From: a virus
Taxonomy: Duplodnaviria; Caudoviricetes
Virus record (IMG/VR): IMGVR_UViG_3300035181_000446
Location: 1 to 39,628 of that record
Strand: one strand, 5' to 3'
Length of the DNA: 39,628 nucleotides
Shown: piece by piece, positions 1 through 8,018 of the stretch
Layout of the letters: each line of letters starts with the position of its first letter
Numbering within the stretch: the stretch's first letter is position 1
Program-made: the position numbers and the translations under genes
The notes under the pieces: model-generated
The model's database searches: none
Told to the model about the DNA's origin: nothing
What the model saw: only the letters and a program-made list of their open reading frames with translations

Positions 1-1386
1 TGCGCATCACTGAAAGCCAAGGACTTTGAAAAGGTATTCACTGATGAAAGAAATGCAGCATTACACGCCAGCGGTCAGAACAGGAACGCAGCAGGGGCGG
101 ATTGGGAGAAAATAAAATATGACCAATTTGGCAGACCAGAAAGCAGCGTCCATAATGCGCGCGCTGGTATGATTTCTATGGGTGTCAGTTTTAAGTATGA
201 CAAATTCACGCGGCGTACAACTTCATCACACGATTGGGGAAACGAACCAACAATGGTTGGCGCAGAGCTACGGGCAACCATAGCACGCAGGCTTAGCGAG
301 CAGTATGCGATAGAGGTTCAGGACGACAAAATATCTTCTGCTATCAGCCAAATAGCATCAGCAAACAAGCACGATAGCCTTATCGATTCGTTAGAGTCTT
401 TGCCAGAATGGGACAAGCAAGAGCGTTTAGACCGTTGGCTTATCGACTATGCTGGAGCGGCTGATAACATCTATCACCGTGAAGCGGGGCATGTTTGGCT
501 TGTGGCTGCAATTGCACGGGCTTACTTGCCCGGCGTTAAGTTTGATAGCGCTATTGTGCTGCAAGGATTGCAAGGCAAGGGCAAATCAACATTACTGCAT
601 ATACTCGCAGGTGGTAAGTTTTTCACCGACGAGAACATTATGGGCAAAGCAAACGACAGTAAACACTTGATCGAGACAACAACTGGTAAGTGGATTGTCG
701 AGCTTGGCGAATTGGCAGGCATGAACAGGTCAACTATCGAGGATGTTAAAGCCATGATCAGCAGGACAGAGGACGGCGCACGAATGGCTTATGGGAGAGA
801 GACTGACCACTACCTGCGGCGGATGGTTTTCGCTGGCACGACCAACGGCGAACGGTATCTACGGGATGAAACTGGAAATAGGCGTTTCTGGCCCATCATA
901 ACCAGCGACATTGATCTTACAGGGATGGCGGCGAACAGAGATCAATTGCTTGCAGAGGCTAAGCTAGCATTCCTTGCCATTAAGAGCGACCTTGAACGCG
1001 CCATAGAGGGCGAAGTGCTTGAGCAATACCCATTGCAGCTTAATGATGCCGATAGCAGACGCATGGCAATTGCAGCGCAGAAGGATGCTTTTGACCTTGA
1101 TACTGGATGGATGGGTGTTCTAGAAACCATGCCAGAATGGCTTGTTCATGAGAGGTCGGGTGTATGGTACGTCCCTAATAACCAAATGTACAAAGCGCTT
1201 GATATGTCAGCGAAGGACTGGAATATCATTGCATCAAAAAGGGTTAAACCAATCATGGAAGCGCTTGGTTGGGAGTTAACGCAAAACCAAGTTTATTATG
1301 GCGCAAGCAATGATAAAACCCGTTGCTGGAAGAGGTCAGACAAACCACAGACGCATGGCTCAAGGATTCCCGACAAGTACTTGTAG
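1..1386 (+). CDS. VapE/VirE-family SF3 helicase (probable primase-helicase C-terminal part), 5'-truncated
   Basis: Frame is open from base 1. Walker A GLQGKGKST, Walker B WIVELGE, motif C FAGTTN and DETGNRRFWP are typical of VapE-like phage proteins. Confidence 0.88.
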   Translation, partial: CASLKAKDFEKVFTDERNAALHASGQNRNAAGADWEKIKYDQFGRPESSVHNARAGMISMGVSFKYDKFTRRTTSSHDWGNEPTMVGAELRATIARRLSEQYAIEVQDDKISSAISQIASANKHDSLIDSLESLPEWDKQERLDRWLIDYAGAADNIYHREAGHVWLVAAIARAYLPGVKFDSAIVLQGLQGKGKSTLLHILAGGKFFTDENIMGKANDSKHLIETTTGKWIVELGELAGMNRSTIEDVKAMISRTEDGARMAYGRETDHYLRRMVFAGTTNGERYLRDETGNRRFWPIITSDIDLTGMAANRDQLLAEAKLAFLAIKSDLERAIEGEVLEQYPLQLNDADSRRMAIAAQKDAFDLDTGWMGVLETMPEWLVHERSGVWYVPNNQMYKALDMSAKDWNIIASKRVKPIMEALGWELTQNQVYYGASNDKTRCWKRSDKPQTHGSRIPDKYL

Positions 1387-1411
1387 TTAGACCAACACAA
1401 CTAACACAACT

Positions 1412-1437
1412 AACCCGGCTCTATGTCGGGTTTTTTG
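1412..1437 (+). terminator. Rho-independent terminator
   Basis: AACCCGGC-tctat-GTCGGGTT stem plus T-run just after the helicase stop. Confidence 0.75.
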
Positions 1438-1466
1438 TTGTCGGTTTCTTCGTTTTACTGCTTTTT

Positions 1467-1768
1467 TGGCTCTGGCTCAGGTTTTTGGCTCAAGTTCTTG
1501 AGCCAGCCAAACATATTGAAAAATAAGGGTTTTATGGTGTTTTGGCTCAATGGCTCAAGAATTTCCTATATAACTCTTTAGCGCCTATATTCCATATACC
1601 CTCCCCTATATATGTTTTTCTTACTCTACAACTCTTAGTATATTTTCTTGAGCCATTGAGCCAAAGGGTATAAATAGTAGAAATAACAGCAACTTACTTG
1701 GCTCAAGTCTTAAAAAAACCTGAGCCAAACCTGAGCCAAACCTGAGCCAAAGCCCAAAACCTGAGCCA
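1467..1768. repeat. Iteron cluster, putative replication origin copy 1
   Basis: 12 exact TGGCTCA/TGAGCCA heptamers arranged in two opposing arms around an AT-rich core of about 90 bp (1558-1648), directly downstream of the helicase gene. Architecture resembles P4 and SaPI origins. Confidence 0.75.
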
Positions 1769-1968
1769 TAGACCTTAGCAATCCCAACATGGTTAGCCCC
1801 CCCATATCCTCACTGTGGTTGTCTATGCGGCGTTCGCGCATGGTTATCTGTACGGTATAGCTGGCATGGTGTTGCGGGGCTTGTGGGCGATTGTGTTGGT
1901 TCGGTAGTGGATTGAACCAAAACCTAAGCACACCAAGAGACACCCTAACCCGGTGGCTTTTTTGCGCC

Positions 1969-1997
1969 TTGTTATCGCCCGACACTTGCACTATACT
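1969..1997 (+). promoter_or_regulatory. Sigma70-type promoter with CGCCCGACAC box
   Basis: TTGTTA-17bp-TATACT; box at 1976-1985; followed by CAACAACACGGAGAC leader and ATG 2025. Confidence 0.75.
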
Positions 1998-2024
1998 GTC
2001 GGACAACAACACGGAGACAACAAA

Positions 2025-2978
2025 ATGAGAAAATTGACCAACACAGCACACCTGATAGCACTGCCATTTATAGCGGCAACCGTCATGCACACGCACGACG
2101 GCTTAGGCTATGAGTCCACTTCACTTGGTTGGGCTGTAGCGTTAGGGCTTGCGGCTGCTGTATGGATTGGCTGGGGTCATGTATTCGCGCCCCGCGCTGG
2201 CTGGCTTGTCCGAGCAATGGCAATCACTGCTTGCCTAATCCTTTCACCATTGGAGGGGTATCTGATGTACCAGCATCAAGGCGACATCAAAGACCCTGCG
2301 TACACATCAGAGCTTGAGACGTACCAGCAGGCACAAGCCGACCATGCCGCGATGGTTAAATCGTGGGCGCATGACTCTGCAAACCGCGACGATCAACGCA
2401 ATGTCATCAAGAAACAAATACAAGAGATTGTCGACACCGATAAGATGACAAGCCGCCGTGTTGATCTTGAGCGCTTGCAAAACGACCTTGCCAAGCTAGA
2501 TGCAAGCGCTACCATGCCCCCAGCGTTTACTGTTGCGCCCCCCATAGAGCGCATGGCAATAAATAAGCCATGGCTGTTTAAGACTGCTATTACTGTAGGC
2601 GTAATACCAGTCATTTATATGTTACTGCACTTGTTTGGTTTTTACCGTGTGACTGAGACTGGTCACACAAAAGACACAGAAGAGTCACATAGTCACATGT
2701 TACCCATCTGTGACCAGTCTGTGACCAATCAGGAAACGCTAATATACGATGTAAAGCGTAAGTCACAAAATGACATTGCAATTGATGTAAAGAAAATAAT
2801 GCAATTGCCAGTAAACTCTAATTTTAATTGTCCGGTATGTGGCAAGGCATCAATCAAAACCCGTGCTGCTACAAAAACGTGCGGAACAAGCGCGTGTAAG
2901 ATGGGTGCAAAGCGTGCGATTGACAGTATTAAACCAGTCAAACAAAAAAGCGCTGCTATTTTGAGGATTGTAAAATGA
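2025..2978 (+). CDS. Multi-pass membrane protein with coiled coil and C-terminal Cys4 zinc-finger-like motif
   Basis: ATG 2025 follows a GGAG RBS. Three N-terminal hydrophobic segments, a helical middle, a fourth hydrophobic segment, then CPVC...CGTSAC. Confidence 0.75.
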   Translation: MRKLTNTAHLIALPFIAATVMHTHDGLGYESTSLGWAVALGLAAAVWIGWGHVFAPRAGWLVRAMAITACLILSPLEGYLMYQHQGDIKDPAYTSELETYQQAQADHAAMVKSWAHDSANRDDQRNVIKKQIQEIVDTDKMTSRRVDLERLQNDLAKLDASATMPPAFTVAPPIERMAINKPWLFKTAITVGVIPVIYMLLHLFGFYRVTETGHTKDTEESHSHMLPICDQSVTNQETLIYDVKRKSQNDIAIDVKKIMQLPVNSNFNCPVCGKASIKTRAATKTCGTSACKMGAKRAIDSIKPVKQKSAAILRIVK

Positions 2979-3241
2979 GTGGCGTAATGCAGACAATCAA
3001 TAAATCAGGCGAAAAACGCACTTATGTTTGTCGCTTAAAGTTGTCATCCAAAGTGCAGGCACAAAGCGCGGGTGGGCAGGCATAAGGCAGGCAGAAGTCA
3101 GGCAAACCCAAAAATGCCCAAAAACGGCACTTTTTGGCTTCTCGGAATTGGCGAAAACGGGCAAATGCTCGGATACGCCACCAGTGCATTAACCGCTATG
3201 GTTGATGTGTATTTAGTAGACGTTAAATAGGATTAGACGAA

Positions 3242-3652
3242 ATGAAATCAGACACACAAACACTTATTAGCGCGTTGCGTGCGCTAGCGCGTGACATTGA
3301 GACAGATGACGGCGTGGTTAATGCCGTGCTGGACGAAGCGGCGCAAAGGATGGAGGAGCTTAATGATACTTGGTTATCATCGTCGGAAACCTTGCCAGAT
3401 TCAGGTGTAGCGGTACTTGCGGTGGTTAACGATGGCATCAGTAAGCCCGTTGTCATCCGTGCCATGTATGCAGCAAGGCACACGCTTGAACCATCACATG
3501 ATTACGAAGATGATTGCGATTATGACGAAGAGGATGAGACGTATTACTGCAAGCAAGGGTGGTACGAAAACAACTGTTATGAGTATACGCATTATGGGGT
3601 AGATGGCGAAGTAACGCACTGGATGCCGATACCATCGCCCCCAAGTCGCTAA
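3242..3652 (+). CDS. DUF551-like phage protein
   Basis: WLSSSETLP...VLA and terminal VTHWMPIPSPP motifs characteristic of DUF551. Confidence 0.8.
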   Translation: MKSDTQTLISALRALARDIETDDGVVNAVLDEAAQRMEELNDTWLSSSETLPDSGVAVLAVVNDGISKPVVIRAMYAARHTLEPSHDYEDDCDYDEEDETYYCKQGWYENNCYEYTHYGVDGEVTHWMPIPSPPSR

Positions 3653-3714
3653 ATACGCCTGTTATTGGTTGCGTCGATCAAGCGCAACCAATAAACAAAT
3701 GGCGTATATTAGCG
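3647..3714. other. Long imperfect hairpin
   Basis: Nested arms CGCTAA/TTAGCG, ATACGCC/GGCGTAT and TTATTGGTTGCG/CGCAACCAATAA with a 9-nt loop. Confidence 0.7.
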
Positions 3715-3846
3715 TTTTCTGATTGGTCACACTATTTTTTAGGAAGGCAACCATGAAAAATAGTGTGACTCATCGAAAAAATGAGATTAGTCACACGCCA
3801 GAAATAGAAACGTCACACGAAACCGAACGAAATAGGATTAATTTAA

Positions 3847-4149
3847 ATGAGCATGATACACAGAGAAATTAGCGGATTGATCGGGGCATACATCCGCGCG
3901 TGGTTTTACGGCTGCATTGTGGGGGCGCTCTTTGCGGTCTATATGATGAGCAACAACACGGGTGCAGTACATGTTGATGGCTTGCATGATGCGCAGGTTG
4001 TCGACAATTGCACGCTGCCCACGGGTAGCTATCGCGGCATAGAGTTGCCTTGTTACAACCAACAATGCTTGGAGGCGTTTGGTTACTGGACGCTTGACCG
4101 CAAGTCATCCGTGCTAAAAAAACAGCTTGCAATAGCGCCCGACACTTGA
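3847..4149 (+). CDS. Hypothetical protein with one predicted transmembrane segment
   Basis: 100-aa ORF co-oriented with neighbours; hydrophobic stretch AWFYGCIVGALFAVYMM. Confidence 0.55.
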   Translation: MSMIHREISGLIGAYIRAWFYGCIVGALFAVYMMSNNTGAVHVDGLHDAQVVDNCTLPTGSYRGIELPCYNQQCLEAFGYWTLDRKSSVLKKQLAIAPDT

Positions 4150-4155
4150 TAGCAT
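4127..4155 (+). promoter_or_regulatory. Sigma70-type promoter with CGCCCGACAC box
   Basis: TTGCAA-17bp-TAGCAT; box at 4136-4145. Confidence 0.7.
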
Positions 4156-4187
4156 AGACCACAACAACACAACACGGGGACTATAAA

Positions 4188-4688
4188 ATGAGCATGTACG
4201 GTGAGAGATTTTACGGCGCAAATGCCAGCACGTTTGTAGGCGTTGCTGGTTGCATCCTTGGAGGGGTTAGCCTGTTGTCTGGCTTGTTCAGCGGCGGCAA
4301 CATCCAGATTTTGAGCGTTGGGCACAATGCGTTTGCAAACGGCTTAGTTAGCGCTGCTGCCGTCCTGATTGGCGGCGCACTGGTAGCAAGTCGCGAGACA
4401 GTTGGGGGCGTTACAAGCCTTTTGCTTGCGTCAGTGCTTGTGTTTGGCGGGATGTTGTCTATCAACATGGGTCAGTTCTTCAAAGTGCTTGCGGCAACGT
4501 CTGAAGCGGTAAGCAAGATCGACATCAGCGTAGACGGCACGGGAAAACCAAAGGCGCAAAATTATGTCATGGTGCGCAGGCTGACAGCGGAAGAAGCTGC
4601 AGAATGTCAGTCAAGCCTTAAATGGGCGCGAACTGATGCCGGACGGCGCAACTGCACGGCTGGTGGCGTGATGGTGGCAAAGCAATGA
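4188..4688 (+). CDS. Hypothetical membrane protein (about 3 transmembrane segments)
   Basis: Conserved leader with GGGGA RBS; three Gly/Ala-rich hydrophobic segments and a soluble C-terminus with two Cys. Confidence 0.75.
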   Translation: MSMYGERFYGANASTFVGVAGCILGGVSLLSGLFSGGNIQILSVGHNAFANGLVSAAAVLIGGALVASRETVGGVTSLLLASVLVFGGMLSINMGQFFKVLAATSEAVSKIDISVDGTGKPKAQNYVMVRRLTAEEAAECQSSLKWARTDAGRRNCTAGGVMVAKQ

Positions 4689-4858
4689 ACGCTTTTGAAT
4701 CACTAACCCATTATTTTGTAAAGCCCATCGCTATTTGGTTGCTTGTGATCTTTGTGGCACAAGCGTTCTTTTTCCCCATGATCACGACGTGGGCAGGGGA
4801 CTTGCTAAGCATGTTCTGGACGCAAGCGGTTGATGAAGTTAAGGGTTTGTTTTGGTGA
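4685..4858 (+). CDS. Small hydrophobic protein, 57 aa (not in ORF track)
   Basis: ATGA overlap with the previous stop; translates MNAFESLTHYFVKPIAIWLLVIFVAQAFFFPMITTWAGDLLSMFWTQAVDEVKGLFW. Confidence 0.65.
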   Translation: MNAFESLTHYFVKPIAIWLLVIFVAQAFFFPMITTWAGDLLSMFWTQAVDEVKGLFW

Positions 4859-4865
4859 ATGAAAT

Positions 4866-4953
4866 ATTAACTGCCGGATAGGCAGCTTAGAAATGATGAT
4901 ATTAGCCAGTCTGTTGACACTATCCATTAACTGCCGGATAGGCAGCTCATAAA
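4866..4953 (+). CRISPR. Type I-F CRISPR mini-array (2 repeats, 1 spacer), no cas genes in window
   Basis: Repeat 1 ATTAACTGCCGGATAGGCAGCTTAGAAA (4866-4893), 32-nt spacer (4894-4925), repeat 2 ATTAACTGCCGGATAGGCAGCTCATAAA (4926-4953). Matches the 28-nt I-F repeat pattern GTTCACTGCCGTANAGGCAGCTNAGAAA with the CTGCC/GGCAG Cas6f hairpin and 60-bp period. Confidence 0.9.
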
Positions 4954-4955
4954 TT

Positions 4956-4976
4956 ACCCGCTTCGGCGGGTTTTTT
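4956..4976 (+). terminator. Rho-independent terminator closing the mini-array transcript
   Basis: ACCCGC-TTCG-GCGGGT stem with a UUCG loop and T-run. Confidence 0.88.
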
Positions 4977-4977
4977 G

Positions 4978-5006
4978 TTGTGTAGTCGCCCGACACTTGA
5001 TAGCAT
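4978..5006 (+). promoter_or_regulatory. Sigma70-type promoter with CGCCCGACAC box
   Basis: TTGTGT-17bp-TAGCAT; box at 4987-4996. Confidence 0.65.
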
Positions 5007-5036
5007 AGACCAACAACACAACATGGGTTTATCGCA

Positions 5037-6299
5037 ATGGCTAAGTTATCAACAACACAATTAAGCAGGATTGAGCGCAAAGTCGACCAGATCGACGCAC
5101 GCACACAGTATTTAAGCCGTGTGGTGAACAACGTGCAAAACGCAAGCGATGCTATCTGGGGTGCAACACGTCCAATGCTTCCTTGGTACTTTAGCGCCCC
5201 CATCGCCCTTCTTGTCACTATCACAACACTTAACCCGCTACAAGACGCTGGAACGCCTGTAAGCGCCCCGCTCAAAGACGCATACACTTACACCCGTTAC
5301 GCTGGTGAAGCCGTTGGCGCATGGTTAGCATCCATCCAGTACGCAAAGCCTAATATGGCATGGGGGCAACAGTTGCGCGGTCTAAACAACGCCATGACAT
5401 CCCAGTTGATGATCAAAATCCGGCAGCGCGAATCATCTACTAATTACGCGATATGGAATACCAAAGGCTACATAGGCGCATGGCAAGGTGGAGCGGCTGC
5501 ACTTACTCAAACTGGTTACATTCACCGCGAGGCGTTTGACAATGCGCCTGATTGCGTCAAATCCGGTAGTTGTGGGGCAAAGCATCTGGCATTTTTGCAG
5601 GACAACCAGCACTGGACGGCTGGCGTGAACTTTGACAGCTTTATGTCCACACCGTCCATACAAGATGGTTTTTTCGTCAAGCTGGCACAATTCAACATCG
5701 ACCAAGGCTTCGCCCGTGGCGTGTTGCGTGCTGATAACCCAAAGCGCACGGCTGGGTTTGTGGCTGTTGCGCACTTGCAAGGGATTGGCGCGGCGGTGGA
5801 TTACTACCTTCACGGCAAAAACACCGACAAAGGTGGCGCGTATGCGTCCGAGTATGCCGCTATCGGTGAGAGTGCCGTACCAGACGTGTTTGACGCTGGC
5901 AGTCCGGTAGAGATTGCAAAAGGATACTTGGGCTTGCATGAGCGTGATGACCGTCTGCAATTGCGCCAGATCGTCGGATTTGACCCTGTTGGTGATGCTT
6001 GGTGTGCCGGATTTGTGAATGGGACATTGCGCAAAGCTGGCTATTCTGGAACGGGCAAGGACAATGCACGTTCATTTTTGGATTGGGGAAAGGCGACTAC
6101 CACACCACATAAAGGTGATGTGGTGGTGTTGTGGCGTGGTTCACCGGGCAGTTGGCAGGGTCACGTCGGATACTACTATGGTGAAAGTGGGGATAACGTC
6201 CTAATTCTGGGGGGCAACCAGAACAATCAGGTGAGCATTGAGAGCTACCCTAAAGCGCGTGTGTTGGGGTATCGGACGGCTGGGCGTGAGGTTGTTTGA
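5037..6299 (+). CDS. Two-domain peptidoglycan hydrolase: lysozyme-like domain plus C-terminal TIGR02594/CHAP-like amidase
   Basis: RESSTNY...GYIGAWQ lysozyme-fold motif; AWCAGFV...ARSFLDWG...GDVVV...GHVG...LGGNQ is the TIGR02594 pattern; hydrophobic segment near residues 45-65. Confidence 0.8.
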   Translation: MAKLSTTQLSRIERKVDQIDARTQYLSRVVNNVQNASDAIWGATRPMLPWYFSAPIALLVTITTLNPLQDAGTPVSAPLKDAYTYTRYAGEAVGAWLASIQYAKPNMAWGQQLRGLNNAMTSQLMIKIRQRESSTNYAIWNTKGYIGAWQGGAAALTQTGYIHREAFDNAPDCVKSGSCGAKHLAFLQDNQHWTAGVNFDSFMSTPSIQDGFFVKLAQFNIDQGFARGVLRADNPKRTAGFVAVAHLQGIGAAVDYYLHGKNTDKGGAYASEYAAIGESAVPDVFDAGSPVEIAKGYLGLHERDDRLQLRQIVGFDPVGDAWCAGFVNGTLRKAGYSGTGKDNARSFLDWGKATTTPHKGDVVVLWRGSPGSWQGHVGYYYGESGDNVLILGGNQNNQVSIESYPKARVLGYRTAGREVV

Positions 6300-6365
6300 T
6301 TATTGTTGAAAATCACAAATACCTAAGGCATAATGTAACCTCAACCAGCAACATAGGATATTGAA

Positions 6366-7070
6366 ATGGATATGATCGTTAAAAACACCAAATCTCACGG
6401 CGTACATGTTCGCAGCGTGGATATTTGGAAAGGTCTTGGTTACACAGAGCATAGATCACTTACTAAGCTTATTTCTGATAATGCTATTGACTTTGAAGAA
6501 TTTGGGGTTTTGCGATTTGAAAACGCAAAACCTAAAGCAGGCTCAAAAGGAGGTAGACCGGAAAAGGGTTACATTATTAGTGAGCAGCAGTTTACCTTTC
6601 TCATTACATTGGTTCGTAGTAGTGAAGTCGCGAATCAATTAAAGAAGCGCCTTGTAAAAGAATTCTTTCGTATGCGCGAACAACTGCAAGAGCTTGGTCA
6701 GTATGCAAAAGTTCGTAGCGATGGTAAGGAATACCGCAAGAAAGAAACCGACGTGATTAAGCAATTTATTGAAATGGCAAAAGCACAAGGCGCAAGCGAT
6801 GGTATTAGCCATTTATACTCAACTCTAACATCAATGGAAAACAAAGCACTGTTTGTTCTTGAACATAATTACCCGAACATTCGTGACGTGCTAAACACTG
6901 GGCAGTTAATGCAGGTTTGCGTCGCTGATCAGATTGTTGAACGGGTATATGCTGAAGCGGTTGAAACCAACATGCATTACAAAGATGCTTACAAGTTGGC
7001 TAAGGAGCGGGTGAATGCTTACGCGGCTGTGGTTGGGAAAAGCCCGTTACTGATGCTAACGCAAGTTTAA
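6366..7070 (+). CDS. Rha-family phage regulatory protein
   Basis: N-terminal HRSLTKLI...GGRP..Y.ISEQQFTFL...KKRLVKEFFRMR pattern. Upstream TTGAAA-17-CATAAT promoter at 6306-6334. Confidence 0.8.
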   Translation: MDMIVKNTKSHGVHVRSVDIWKGLGYTEHRSLTKLISDNAIDFEEFGVLRFENAKPKAGSKGGRPEKGYIISEQQFTFLITLVRSSEVANQLKKRLVKEFFRMREQLQELGQYAKVRSDGKEYRKKETDVIKQFIEMAKAQGASDGISHLYSTLTSMENKALFVLEHNYPNIRDVLNTGQLMQVCVADQIVERVYAEAVETNMHYKDAYKLAKERVNAYAAVVGKSPLLMLTQV

Positions 7071-7131
7071 CACCATCATGGGTTTCTGCACCTGTAGATG
7101 CAGAAACTCCCCACAACACGGAGACACTACC

Positions 7132-7959
7132 ATGACAATTGACCCATTCGACCAACTGGCAGGCGCAATGCAGACATGTACAAAGCAAGCCGAGGACGCG
7201 CTTAAGCATCGCCGTGTTCTCGCTGCGTTGGTTAAGAGCCACATCAGCAAGCCAGCCGTCCGCGATGCCGTGGCAGCGTTTGTACGACTGAACATGGATG
7301 ACATTGAGCCAAGCACTCAAACAACAGCACTGATGATCATGCTCAAGCAAATTGCCCCCGGCAAACCTGCCAACGCTAAGCAGTTAGGCGAGTACGTGTC
7401 AGAGCATTGCAGCGGCATTAGCCAGCATTGGGCGCGTAATCATGCGTTTGGTTTGCTAGTGCAGATCGGCGTGGTTGATGCTAAGGAAGGTAACGGCTTT
7501 GTATGGGCAGACCTAGCAGCAAAGCACAAAGCGCCCCGCGATGCGGCGTTGGCGATGCTAACCAGTGTGGTTAAGCCTGCATTCCCTGAGTTATACGATG
7601 AGCAGCGAAAACTTGCAGCAGCGCAAAAAGCGCATGATTTGGCAAAGCAGCGGCAAGAGTTAGTACGCAAGACGGCGGCAATGGTTGCAAGTCAGCCTGA
7701 GGTTGCGCCCCCGCAAAGCAACGTTAAAGTGATTGTAGCTGCTGTAGCGGCGGCATTGTTTGCTGGTGGTGTGCTGATAGCCAAATACGGTAGCGCCCCC
7801 GTGGTCGAGGCAGATGCGCCCACACAAGAGGTTTATGCAGATGCGCCAGCAATGGACATAGCAGCAATGTTGCGTGCCAATCACCCCGGATTTGACCAAT
7901 TGCCAATGGGCAAGCAACAGCAATTAATTGATGAGGCAACAGCGGCATTTAATCATTGA
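7132..7959 (+). CDS. Hypothetical protein with coiled coil and one C-proximal transmembrane segment
   Basis: ATG 7132 follows the conserved CACAACACGGAGAC leader; hydrophobic VIVAAVAAALFAGGVLIA. Confidence 0.75.
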   Translation: MTIDPFDQLAGAMQTCTKQAEDALKHRRVLAALVKSHISKPAVRDAVAAFVRLNMDDIEPSTQTTALMIMLKQIAPGKPANAKQLGEYVSEHCSGISQHWARNHAFGLLVQIGVVDAKEGNGFVWADLAAKHKAPRDAALAMLTSVVKPAFPELYDEQRKLAAAQKAHDLAKQRQELVRKTAAMVASQPEVAPPQSNVKVIVAAVAAALFAGGVLIAKYGSAPVVEADAPTQEVYADAPAMDIAAMLRANHPGFDQLPMGKQQQLIDEATAAFNH

Positions 7960-7984
7960 CAGTCGCCCGACACTATACGATAAT
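7956..7984 (+). promoter_or_regulatory. Near-consensus sigma70 promoter with CGCCCGACAC box
   Basis: TTGACA-17bp-GATAAT; box at 7964-7973. Confidence 0.85.
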
Positions 7985-8018
7985 GAACATATCAAAAACA
8001 CAACACGGAGACATTAAA

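Noticed and set aside
1721-1768. AAACCTGAGCC tandem units as a CRISPR array
   Set aside because: The period is 11 bp with no unique spacers; these are iteron-like repeats.
1710-2096. ORFs across the origin-like repeats (1323-1526, 1710-2096, also 13877-14062 and 14010-14327)
   Set aside because: Their GSGLAQV/LEP peptides are translations of the heptamer repeats; no convincing RBS or domain.
3055-3165. Cluster of CAGGCA/GGCA words after the 2025 gene
   Set aside because: Short and irregularly spaced, partly within a 36-codon ORF (2975-3085); not enough to call a feature.
4805-5287. 160-aa minus-strand ORF containing LPIRQL twice
   Set aside because: The duplication is the antisense reading of the two CRISPR repeats, and the ORF crosses a terminator, a promoter and a real gene.
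6797-6828. Partial match of the CRISPR spacer to the first Rha gene (13 of the first 15 nt)
   Set aside because: Position 1 mismatches, the upstream dinucleotide is AG rather than the I-F CC PAM, and the distal half does not match. A hit of this quality is plausible by chance in 40 kb.
7947-7978. Spacer resemblance to the boxed promoter (CAGTC....GACACTAT, 19 of 32 nt)
   Set aside because: The seed region is mostly mismatched and there is no CC PAM, so self-regulation is not supported.
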